Source: Kudoa neothunni
Lineage: Eukaryota > Animalia > Cnidaria
NCBI GenBank assembly: GCA_964304625.1
Contig: OZ199838.1
Coordinates: forward strand, 3,374,440-3,438,439
DNA: 64,000 bases
Reading direction: 5' to 3'
The notes below the pieces were generated by a model. That model worked only from the letters and a program-made list of their open reading frames with translations. It was not told where the DNA came from and searched no databases. Shown here piece by piece: positions 52,901 through 64,000 of this stretch. Each line of letters opens with the position of its first letter. Within the stretch, counting starts at the first letter, position 1. A program made the position numbers and the translations under genes.

Positions 52901-53173
52901 CTGATACCGAGATTGATTATATTTATACTTCTAAGTGAGTGAACGATGTTTTGTAATAGTATCATCCTTCAAAATGTATACTAAAAGTCGTATTTAAAAA
53001 AAGTTTCTCCGTGGCACATGTGCACTTGTGGACACAGACACACTGCCAGACATAAGAACTTTATATATATAGTAGATAACAAAGCTAAAGATAACCCTCG
53101 TATCATTTTAAAACAGTTGGTATAGAATTGTGTTATTATCTCTATATTTTCTCTGAATTAAACGTCAATTAAC

Positions 53174-53760
53174 TTAACCCTTACGGGACCAAGCTGGGTC
53201 TGCCGAGACCTCAAGATACGTCTTTTTGATCATAACACTAAAAATCGGCCTCCGTTGACGTTAAAATTTATTTTCTCTATAATATTTAACTTTATAATAA
53301 AAAAATATTTTGATTCCATGCAATTATAAATGTTCGTAACCTCATTTATTTTATAAATATTAATTCTAGCGAAATTTTAAAAAATATATTTCGTTTAAAC
53401 ATTACATGTGTATGAAAATAACGAAAAAAATCTCAGAAGATCGCCGCTATAGATTAGCGATAACTAATCCGATAGACCTCCTATGTTTCGTTGCTTTTCC
53501 TAATAAATTGAATCTGTTGTTCTCAAAAAATAATTAAAATAGTGGTGAAGATTACATCGATGATTATTCTGAGGTTGAGGAAATATCTGAATATAACATA
53601 TCTGGATCACACCTGGAAGGCATGGATGAATGTGTTATGACATTGAGAAATGCGATGACCAATCAGTTGGTACTGATTTTCGACATGAACATGTCGAAAA
53701 CGATTCAATGTTTTTCTGATCACCTGGACTGGACTGATCTTTTGAAATTTGTATGTTCCC
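53174..53760 (+). mobile_element. piggyBac left-end fragment
   Basis: TTAA-CCCTTACGGGACC followed by a GGGTC..GACC subterminal palindrome and decayed acidic coding-like sequence. No right end was found. Confidence 0.5.
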
Positions 53761-54225
53761 CAAGCATTCTTCTCTAAATTTTAATTACGCGGATTTTTAA
53801 ACTCGAATGGTGTCATATCATTTGATTTGGGTCACGATTATTTATAGTCCGTTATATGAAAGAATATTTAATTTTGAACCAAAAAATATACTTAAAAACA
53901 TAATGAAATTTGTTTAATTTAAAAGATATGTTGAAATTCTTAATCTTAAGATCAACCTTTCACCGTCCCGCGGCAACCGAATCTTACCAATAAAACGTCC
54001 AAGCGTTGTGCAATATTATGCCTCATTTACTTTCTAAATATTGATTCCATAATGTTTTTAGTTTTAAAAGAAAATTAAATTTTTCCTGCATTAACAATAA
54101 TATGCATACATCAAAATATATAATGTGCTCATTCAAGTATAACCTTTTTATAACCGTATTGATGAAAATGACAAGATTGAGTGAAACATTCCGACTAAAT
54201 CTAAATTTAGGTTTTGCCTAGAAAA

Positions 54226-54899
54226 GTGTTGCAGTCCGAATAGCGAAGACTTAGCGCACCAAATAACTAACTATTGAGGACAATTCAGCTAAGGTAGTGT
54301 TTTTTACCACGACACTATTTGAAAGAGAAAATGAGTGCATGTGTGAAATGTCGAAAAGGGCGGGGACCGGAATAGTCTGAATTTAGGGACAGATTACGGT
54401 TGCAACCAACGAGACGTCGAGCCGGCTCTGTAATCCCACGAATTATCCATCTCATTTGCTGCGGTCATAGGGGAATTCCATCGTATCAGGCCATCATAGC
54501 CTCGGGATTAGCCATCACAGGCCCAATCAGGCCGTCAACTTCCTTTCTAGTATCCCCATCTCTAGGATTACCCAGACACGCTTTCAGTGCACCCGAGACC
54601 GTTTTTTACGCGGCACAAGTGAATGAAAACCGCACTCAGACCTTCCCAGTTGGTACAGGTGAGATCCGGAATCGAAAGGCTGCCATGGCTACAACAAAGT
54701 ACAGGACTCAGAGGTTGAGTATTACCTTGCCTAAGCGGCATATATGGTAGTGCCGTATCTAAGCCAGCGCCGGGTTAGATGAAGCGTCACATCGCACCGC
54801 ACACATAACTAAATCCAGCTCTCACAGCATATCACCGAACTCTCGGTTGTTTAACCAACTACAATTCGTACAGGTCCCAACACCCGGCGCAACGAGCCC
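54226..54899 (+). other. Structured GC-rich non-coding island B
   Basis: Helices TAGTCTG/CAGATTA, TAATCCC/GGGATTA, GCGGCA/TGCCGT and GCGCCGGGT (54767-54775)/ACCCGGCGC (54882-54890). Confidence 0.6.
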
Positions 54900-56157
54900 A
54901 ATGACTGATTTTATACTTCCCAATTAAAGGAAACGTGCTTGATTCGACATGACGTCATGCGAAATGGATTCAAACGTTAAGTATAAAAATTATCTAAAAA
55001 AACATTTCAAAATTATTTTTAAATATGAGGAGTTATAAATTTTATATAAAATTTGCATGGGAATAATTTTCTCTAACACCAACTATCATATTCGTGTGTA
55101 ATCGGGCTTAATTGATGAATATTGTTCAGAAGTGTTTGGTGCTATTTCTAATATTAAGCCATTCGACTCGTTCATTTTCTTAAATTAATGAAAATACAAA
55201 ATTAAAACAAACAAGCTTTTTGTGGTGACGTAAAATCCATAATTATATTTTAAAATTAAATAATTTCGAATCTGTTATGAAATAATAATTGTCAAAGTGT
55301 TTTTGTACTACTTTCCTTTTGAATGTTAACAAGATATCACTTTTTCCTCTCGAGTATGAAAACGGAAAATTTGTCGATACCAACATCTGGCCATGCGCAT
55401 GCCTAGATAGAAGGTTCCTGTTATCGTAACGAGCGTTGCGCGATTTATTTTGAATGTACTAATAAACTATAAAAAAATTAATTTAAAATATATAATTTTA
55501 TAGTCCAGATCAATCATGATGCGGATTAACGAAAGTTAATTAAGATAAACGTTATATAATACGAGATAGAAATTTAATGTAAAATCGACTATTTAAAACA
55601 ACATTCTCTTCAGAGTATAATTATTTTTGTTCAATTTATTTAAAAAATTCTTCTATAAAAATGTAAAAATTCAGTCTATGGGATATCATTTTACTTAAAA
55701 ACCTGGTGAATTTTTTTGAAAAATATTAAAATCACTTATAATAGACTGATTCTACCAATTTTTTTTGTGATTATATTGTTTTAATTTTTATTGTCTCAGA
55801 CGTTTTCGATTATTTGTTTTTTTTAACTTATCACATAATATTTCGTGATAAGCATCTATTATAATAATAAAATGTTATTTTATTAATTTAAATAAATTCT
55901 ATAAGTTTTGAAAAAATGGCACCTACATTATTTTAATGATAATTTTACTCGTGAAATCTCTAATTTTTGACTCTTATGTATGTGCATGATTAAATAACAA
56001 TAAACAAGGAAAATAAAACAGCAAGAGTAAAAACGACAATTTTCGTCAACACAAATTAGGAATATGCATAATAATAGTACTAATCTTTAATAAGTTGTTC
56101 GAATAGTAGAATGGGTTGAAAGTGAAGTATTAGGAATGTAGTAAAATATTATTGTGA

Positions 56158-57234
56158 TTATTTGCGGGTTTTTACACACTTAAATATCAAGAAATAGTTT
56201 CTCTTAAGACGGGTGTCTAAGAGAAGATGCAATAATGAGAATGATGGAGCGATGAATGTTAGTAGCAAGCCAACAACAAATTGTGTCCATACGGAGATAT
56301 AGACGTTAAAGGTGTAGAGGATTTTTACTATTACATATGGTGCCCAAAGTATGAAAAATATGCAAATATTTCCAGTAGAAAAGATTAACACTTTTCTATA
56401 GCTAGATGTATTATCAGAATTCATGCGTTCAACTGCTTCGTTAGTATCCTACAAGATCCATCATCGTTATTAAAATTATTATTTTTTACAAAACTTACAT
56501 TAGAATTGCTGGTGGTGTAAAAAGGAGAAAAAGAGCCGAATGATTCTCTTATTCGTTGTCTCATGTGCATCAGTTTGCAATACACAAACAGCACAACCGA
56601 CCCTGGTACAACCAACGACACCAACAATTGTCCAGTGTATACTATTTTTTTAGGTATTTCTCTGGTTTTTGGAATGATGCAAACCTAAAAATGATACAAT
56701 CATTAATTGTAGGCAACCTTAGCATGCTAGTATTTTATATGATGTCAAGACAACAACTTTATTGTGAATGAATATTACTTCCTTTTTGCCATCAGAAATT
56801 ACAGAAAAAAATATTGTGTGTGTCGCAGAAATTGCTGCAAATATTACAATCATAATACAAATGTGAAGATCTGATCTGAAATTTTTATTATAATATGTGT
56901 TGGGATAGAGCACTGCTATATAACGATATATTGTTGACAGAGCAATAGAAGTCATTTGTATATATATCACAAAATTTGAAATAAATGATGACAGCTTGCA
57001 TGTGTGTGGTCCACCAAACCTAGGATCGTATAATATTCCCCACATGTAAAATCCCAAATCCAACAAAAGTATCAAGTTATTTATGTAGAAAACGATTTCG
57101 CATCTTCTAATGTGATCAGATCGATAAGTTTTACTAGCCAGAATCACAATCATAGTTATGCACATAAATATATTGAATACACATGGGAGCGTTATCCCTG
57201 CAACACAATACACCCATATTTTCTCTAATACCAT
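56158..57234 (-). CDS. Orphan rhodopsin-like (class A) GPCR, three exons
   Basis: Seven hydrophobic segments, a TM3 Cys and YRY (DRY equivalent), an ECL2 Cys and TM6 FFILWAPY. The three ORF fragments join in frame through two GT-AG introns. Confidence 0.85.
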
Positions 57235-57543
57235 TTTGTTCGACTTTCAGATCTAAAAATTCTCTAATCACCTTTGATATTATTATTACAAATATTACGA
57301 ACCCTGTTAAGGTAACAGTCTGTTCGACAATTAATACTATTACTTAGTTGATATTTAGAAATTAAATATATGTCAACTGGAATGTGATAATATACTTTGG
57401 ATCTCAAATTTTTATTTATCGTTTTTATCTTATCCAATCTGAACAATCGCTGTACAGTTTTGATGTAAACTATGATACATACAATCTGTTTTCAGTATTA
57501 TAATAATACCAACAATACTACTTGAAGATCAATTAGATTACAC

Positions 57544-58785
57544 CGGTTAAATTTAGGATAATGGCCTCATTTCCCAATTATAGATTATAATTAGTTCGGA
57601 TATTGATCTCGCAGTTTTTAAAATAAATTAGTATGAAATTGGTTGGAAAATTTTTATTAGGATTATCTGCATTTCGCCTAATAAAATTATTTTGGATAAT
57701 AACGTCATGTTTTTGATACAATTGAACATCTAATATTTTCAGAAAATATAAAATTATTATTCTTGTAAGCATATAATCAATGATAGACGATCGATACGTA
57801 GAAATTTTGACAATCCAACAAAATCATAGTTGTCCCACCCGACTCTTATATTACATAAAGCATGCCTGCTCGGTTGAGTGTTACTGCCTCCAAAAATAAT
57901 TACAGGGGTCTAGGAGTTCAATATAATATTTCATAACCATTATTGATCACAAATAGAATGTCGAAAAAAACCTAGTGGTGATGCAACACTAATAAATACA
58001 AAACTAAAATAATCAACAATGTCGGTTTGGATCGGTTGTCCCTGATTTGGATTACAACCAATACTCTACATTTTAAACATGAAACCCTGTTCAAAAAAGG
58101 ATAATCTCATTACTAATGGGATCGGTCATCTCCCTGTAAGGTCACATAATATTCCAGGTCATGTTCCATTATAGCATTTGATTAAGTTTTAATCAATTTT
58201 TGAGAAACTTCTAGTAATTAATTCTTTTAATGGTTAAAATGTAGAATGATGGTTGTAAATCAAATCAGTGACACCGGACAAAAGCGAACCTGCTGAATAT
58301 TTTATTATTGAGTATTTATCAATTTTGCATCTCCGGTAGGGTAACTTTGGCAACAGCTATTTGGCATCACAATAATAGTTGATGTAATCTATTATTTGTT
58401 GCATTCCTAGCTCCTTGTGATTATTCCAACATATTATATCACCAATTAGGCCAGTTTGAGTAAAGCATGCTTTATGTGTTCTAGACTTAAAGTAGGGAAA
58501 CTCTAATTTTGTTGGATCGCCTATTATTAAATGTATGTCTATATGAAAAAGAAATTCATATTTTATGCAAGCATTAGGTGTTTAATTGTGAAAAAGGCAT
58601 AACCGTAATATTAACAATAATTTATTGGCTGAAATTAAGTAACTCCTACCAGAAATTATATCATAAATCTAACACTAGTTTGGTTTTAAAAATATAGAAT
58701 TAACATTGGAACTAATTATAATCTTTGATCAGAAAATTCAGCCATTATTCTGCAATTCATCCAAGAAAATATAAATGAGTAACCG
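57544..58785 (+). repeat. ~1.24-kb imperfect inverted repeat (rod-like hairpin)
   Basis: Nested complementary blocks 57582-57597/58709-58724, 57813-57824/58506-58517, 57853-57865/58465-58477 and 58065-58076/58234-58245. Confidence 0.85.
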
Positions 58786-59164
58786 AATTTCCACTCAATT
58801 TCTGCTTTTATTATTGTCATTGCGCATGCAACCAAATATTTAGACTTTTTTAAAATTTTGGGGGGTTGCTGAAGATTATTTGTGATTCCATTTTAGATAG
58901 GCGAAATTTAATAGTACTTAAACATTTTTTATTTAATTCTAAATTTTTTTGTTAAAATGTTAGAGATTTTACGATAAAGATAAATCTTTATACAGGTTTT
59001 ATTATAGGTGATTTAATAATCAAAAATATTAGTTAATTAATTCCAAAATTTGTTTTTAAAAATAGTTTTTGGGGATATATTATCACATATAAATATTCCA
59101 GGGTAATTTTGAACCCTAATTCTTCGATTCACAAAACGACTTAACTAAACCACATCCATTAAAG

Positions 59165-59712
59165 CAGGGACAGGGGCCGAGAACCTATGTCTCGCGAGCC
59201 AAATGTGACCTTTTGGATCGCTGCAACTGGCCTACAGACAAATTTGAAATTTAAAAAACTGTTTCGCTAAATCCTTTGTGCATATGCGAAACGATTGCTA
59301 CAGAAAGTCGGTTACTTACTATATCATACATTGCAGCGTGCGAGTATTGCTGCAATGACGATGTCAATCTCTACGTGTGTGTGAGCATCCCTTCTACATT
59401 TAAAAGACATTAAGACCAAAGACGGTCACGTTTAACGGGTGGAAATTTAGCTGATGAAATGAAGTCTAATTTTACCGCGTATCGACCAGACTACAGAGCC
59501 ATCTGCGAAACCATGCAGAACCCGAAGTCGAATTGACGATGATAAATATTCTTTATTGGTTGGAAATAGTGTAAAAATTCTAATAACAAGAATTTAATGA
59601 CTTGTTGTAAATTAAAGTGTTGGAATTATATAAAACACACACAGGTACTTCTATGCTTAGTTTTAAGAAATTTTGTATGGCTCTCTCACCAAAAAAAGGT
59701 TCCCGACCCCTG
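59165..59712 (+). mobile_element. Non-autonomous Charlie-like hAT element, copy 3
   Basis: TIRs CAGGGGCCGAGAACCT / AGGTTCCCGACCCCTG. It retains decayed hAT C-terminal dimerisation sequence (STCVCEHPF...KDIKTK). TSD CATTAAAG/CATTAGAA. Confidence 0.85.
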
Positions 59713-59918
59713 CATTAGAATTACACAAGCTGTATTTTTGTATAGAAGTCAACATCGCTTCTTGTAAGTTTTTTGGTGGATTGGAAATAAGATGTGCAAT
59801 AAACGTATATCTTTCGTGCATGCTTACAAAAATAAGTGTTCGATTAACCGGAAAGAAAAACGTCGGTTCCAGATTTTCCAGATATTCGACGTTTCACTGT
59901 ATGTACTTAATGGGCTAC

Positions 59919-61779
59919 TTCACCCTCCGTCACACACATGGGGTCCAATGGACCCTGCGTGATTTCAATCTGCAAATAGCTATCGTTGTTTTTTATGGTA
60001 ACACTAAAATTAAAATATTCATGTTTTTTCACGTTTTCTTCAAAATGAAAATAGGAAATGGACTTTAGAAAATTTTTAAAAGATGATTTTGATGATTGTT
60101 ATGATGAAAAAAGCAATGATTCAAGCTCTGATGTATCATCAAAAAGTAATATAATAGAATAAATAAATATTTCTTAAATAAAGGGTTTAGATGATAGCGA
60201 ACATTTGTTATACTCCAAAAATTTTGAATGTAACTCAAAGCCTGTGGGATTATTTTCCAAAAAGAGAAAACACGACATTATAACGGATAAACATGGAGTA
60301 AAAATTTCTGATGATGTGGAATCTGAGTCTCAAATTTGGAGTTTGTTTATCACTTAGAATATATTAACTGAAATATTGCAATGTACCAATTACTACCTTC
60401 GAAATATCCAACCAAATTACAAACGATCGCAAGATTGTATGGCATTTGATATGTGTGAATTAAAAGCTTACATTGGCTTGCACTATTTTCTTGGCGTGAA
60501 GAAAGCTAATCTTACTTATTTGAATGAATTATGGGCAGATGACGACTCTGGTATTCAAATTTGCAAAAAAATATTCAACCAGAATAGATTTTCCTTATTA
60601 AAAAGACGTCTACGTTTTGCAATCGGTTCAAGTAACTCAAATGAAAATAATCAAGATAGAATGTCAAAAATCAGAGATATTTTTAATCAAATATTATATA
60701 TCCACCGAATATTTGACGATCGATGAAATGCCTAGATCATTCCGGGGTCGCTGTATTTTTAAGCAGTATATGCCTTGTAAGCCAGCAAAATGTGGGATTA
60801 AGATTTTTAACCTGTGTGATTCTAAAACTTTTTACACCCTTAATCTTGAAGTTTACCTGGGAGCCCAGAATAGCGCCCCATATAAAGTTGACAACTCACC
60901 CCATAGTTTAATTATGTGCCTGATTCAACCAATTCTGGGTTCAGGAAGAAACATCACTGTTGACAACTGGTTTACATCAGTTCCATTGTTTCAGGAATTA
61001 TTAATGAATGGATTAACTGCTTGTGGTACCACTAGAAAAAAAAGAAAGAAATACCTCCTGAATTCCTGGCTTCAAAAACGCGTGAACAATACTCATCTTT
61101 TGCATTTACGAAAGATCTAACGATAGTGCCTTATGTCCCCAAAAGAAATAAAGACGTTACACTGTTGAGTTGGTTTCACCACAAGTCAACCGTTGATTTG
61201 AACCATCCTAAAAAGCTACTGGAGATCGTCTCTTTTTACAATTCAACAAAAGGTGGAGTTGATACAATAGATCAAATGTGCGGGAACTACTCTACTTATC
61301 GAATTACAAGAAGATGGCCTGTTGTCATATTTCATACACTTCTAGATATTGTAGCAATAAATGCATATGTTATATATTGCATGAAGGCCGATAAAATTAT
61401 TCGTCGGAAGGAGTTTTTGAAGTCGTTGAGGATGCAATTAATAGAGCCTCAGTTGAATAAAAAATGTTAATATACTGATAATTTTTTTAATCTTAAATTT
61501 AGTATAAATCCAAAAACCTGCCAATATGGAACCAAATAGCTCTCTTGTTGACAGAGGAAGATGCTATTTATGCACCCGTCTACATGATAAGAAAACAAGT
61601 TGTCATACATGCTCAAAATTTGTCTGTAAAATGCACTTAAATATCATTTGCAATAATTGTTTAAAAAATAATTGATTTCCCTATTTATTAGTATTAAATC
61701 ACTGTTTCTTCTTTATGGGGTCCAATGGACCCCATGCGTGTAACCGCGTAAAGTTTTTGCGCGTGTGACGAAGGGTTAA
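59919..61779 (+). mobile_element. piggyBac transposon with frameshifted transposase
   Basis: TTCA-CCCTCCGTCACAC ... GTGTGACGAAGGG-TTAA ends and GGGGTCCAATGGACCC subterminal repeats. DDD motifs TIDEM, DNWFTS and GGVDTID, with a Cys-rich tail. Confidence 0.95.
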
Positions 61780-61884
61780 AGGATTAGTGGTTTCTGTAAT
61801 GGAATTAAGAGACGTACTGCATAACATTATCACTCCTATTCAAGTCGCGTTAGTCAGTTATTCCAAAAAATTTACAGAAAGGGG

Positions 61885-62230
61885 GTGGCGGAGGGGCCCA
61901 TGTGTCGGCTGGACATTGACCAGAACAAAGCCGCTAAGGTCAGGCCAACTAACTCTAACTAAAACCGGACAACGTGGATTTGCAAGGTTTTTATGCAGGA
62001 ACCACAAACGTTATTGTTATTACACGTTCGATCGAAGTCTCAAATTAGCACGCTGCAGCTTGCCAGCGTGGTTAACGCAGGGGACGGCTGATAACCTATC
62101 GACCCACCACCACCCACGGGGGCTTTCGATCAGAATCCAGAATCTGCCCGAGATTCCCCTCATAGTGCACGCACTTCAGGAGTTTGAGGATCATTACGCC
62201 AAACACTCTAGCTGATGGGCCCCCCGCCGC
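61885..62230 (+). ncRNA. Candidate ~345-nt structured RNA (island C core), family unassigned
   Basis: A ~23-bp terminal stem (61885-61912 with 62208-62230) encloses at least seven hairpins. Non-Watson-Crick pairs are mostly G-U on the + strand. Confidence 0.6.
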
Positions 62231-63113
62231 TATTTGCTGGAATTAATGCTATCTATAGTTAATTATATAAAATAATGTTAATTTTAAAATGACGTCATTT
62301 ATTATGGGTTCAACTAATACGATGTAAATTTTTGAGCATAAACGCATAATTAAATGTTTCAAAAATAGTAAATGATACTAAAAATTATAATTTACTATTT
62401 TTAATGTTTAAATATTTCGCGCATGCCCTTGTTTAATTCAATGTCTACTTTACGAATTCTGGGATTAGTTAGGATCTATCAGGATTAAAGCATGATTTAT
62501 TTAAAAAAAAATAATAAAACAACAATATTATGTATAACATGCTTTAATCAGTGATTTTTTAAGAATTAAGATTTTCTTGCGTAATATAAGTTTCAGACTG
62601 GTTTGTGACGTTAGTTCCGTTATAAAATGATGCGGAAAACCAACTAATAAATATCAGTTAGATATTAAAGAAAAAATATTGGTTACGCGACCACTCTCAT
62701 ATTTTAATTTATATAAAAATAGAAAGCTGTTAATTTTATGAGGTCAATAATCAGGTACAGCAGAAAATATTATTTTAATAAAATTATGCTGATTTTTCTC
62801 CATTTTTATTATACATCATTGATGATTAGAATATTCGCAGGAGTCATCTTATCCTAACCTATATGATTTGATTCGTCCCAATGATTTCTTTTAAAAGCAT
62901 CCAATAGTATTGGTGTTAGAGAATATTTATTTCGTTGTTGCTAGGATATATGCTAGGCATCATTTCCCAATTGTATTGCTCGCTATTGGAGTAGAGCGTG
63001 AAATTGTTATTGTTCGAGTTATTGCAGTAACAACGCCAATTTCCATAGTTAATATTGGATCAAACTACGCTTCAATATCAGGGTTTGGAGTAGAGTGAAA
63101 ATTTCAGTCGAAA

Positions 63114-64000
63114 ATGGTATCTGTTAGTTAGAATATTTATTCATCATGTATTATAGTTGAAACTTCGAAGAACAAAACCAACCAAATTAGAATTATTGAA
63201 GGACAGTAAATCTCAAGACGTCATCGATATTGCAAAGGTGATTCAGCTTTCTGTATTCCAAGTCTAATTTATAAGTGTAGGTAGCAGAGTTGGGTTTACC
63301 GTACCATTCGACCACGTTTGTTTACGACCCAACTCTAAGTCTGATAGCTGTTGGGAGCAAAACCGGTGCAGTTAAGATGTATACACGAATTCTGAGGCAA
63401 TGAGTTCTAATTTTTGGTTTTAAGTGTTGGAAACAATGGAGTAGAATTGGAGATAGAGTTGAGTGATGAGGTTGAAGTTAGGCAGCTACTATTTCTAAAA
63501 ATCAACGTATTTTTAATTGCTATTTAATTAATATAGGCTATTTTAATTTCAAATTAATTCATCATAAATTTATCTCGTAGATTTACCTAGATGACCATAA
63601 CATAAATTGACTGAATTTTAACATTTAATAGATTGGCATTATCATCATTTATACCATTGATGGTGTATTCTACATGGAAATTTATCGAGTTTCCAACATT
63701 GACACAACCACCTCACTAATATTGGACGGCAAAAAAAAGTTTGATGAGTAATTATTTTTTAATTTATATTTTTCCAAAAATAATCAAATTTTAAATTGTT
63801 TAACACTATTTTTGACAAAACTATACCGATTCTATTGTAATAGAATAATGAAGATAACGGCCTGTAGGGTCTCGAGAGATGATAACTATCTATACATTGG
63901 TACAAGTTTGGGGCATACTTTTACTTTTGATATCAATCACATGGAATTCACAACTTTAACAGTCAATCAGGATGATATTCTAAAACAGTAAGTTTATCCG
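63114..64000 (+). CDS. Lethal giant larvae (LLGL/tomosyn family) WD40 protein, 5' part
   Basis: M/LKLRRTK.../VAELGLPYHSTTFVYDPTLSLIAVGSKTGAVKI/VGNNGVE...YLYIGTSLG...QDDILK. The short N-terminus favours Lgl over tomosyn. Confidence 0.85.

Noticed and set aside
54870-54890. GGTCCCAACACCCGG resembling a twister ribozyme loop
   Set aside because: P4 and the pseudoknot partners do not fit, and the bases are explained by the 54767-54775 helix.
54349-54949. TGTCGAA...TTCGACA as LTR termini of island B
   Set aside because: No matching TSD, and the structure extends upstream of 54349.
56158-57234. GPCR and KLF split ORFs read as frameshifted pseudogenes; GPCR read as an opsin
   Set aside because: Short GT-AG introns restore the frames, and there is no TM7 lysine.
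61787-62215. 142-aa ORF, and similar ORFs at 54400..54750, 43569..43985 and 12412..12681
   Set aside because: No recognisable motifs. They are expected by chance in GC-richer structured or repeat DNA.
61885-62230. RNase P or MRP RNA on the minus strand (GGAATCTCGG and GAAAGCCCCC motifs, TATA upstream, T-run downstream)
   Set aside because: No proper P4 partner or CR-V, and the G-U pairs favour the + strand.
1-64000. CRISPR arrays, rRNA, intact tRNA genes or prokaryotic operons
   Set aside because: None seen. The DNA is intron-containing eukaryotic sequence, and the short tandem repeats are polyN/polyQ codons or microsatellites.

Overview
AT-rich animal genomic DNA with many short GT-AG introns (mostly about 30-110 nt) and very short intergenic spacers. 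This fits a compact parasitic invertebrate such as a myxozoan, but the taxon is inference only. Genes were reconstructed by manual splicing: SEC63 (partial), PSMB3, CCDC90/MCUR1, POLE3, PMPCA, PPIL1, an RMND5/Gid2-like CTLH subunit, a very long KLF-type zinc-finger factor, puromycin-sensitive aminopeptidase, an orphan class A GPCR and the 5' end of Lgl. Between and inside genes lie decayed, often nested DNA transposons (five piggyBac pieces, two pogo/Tigger, one Merlin, three to four Charlie-like hAT) and a twice-repeated LTR-like element. The least explained signal is a set of GC-richer non-coding islands of 330-650 nt. By eye they fold into multi-helix RNAs whose imperfect pairs are mostly G-U on one strand. 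Two of them share a 12-mer located inside a stem, and one has a telomere-template-like CTAACTCTAAC. There is also a 1.24-kb rod-like hairpin with the same G-U bias. All folding and homology calls were made by eye, without computation.
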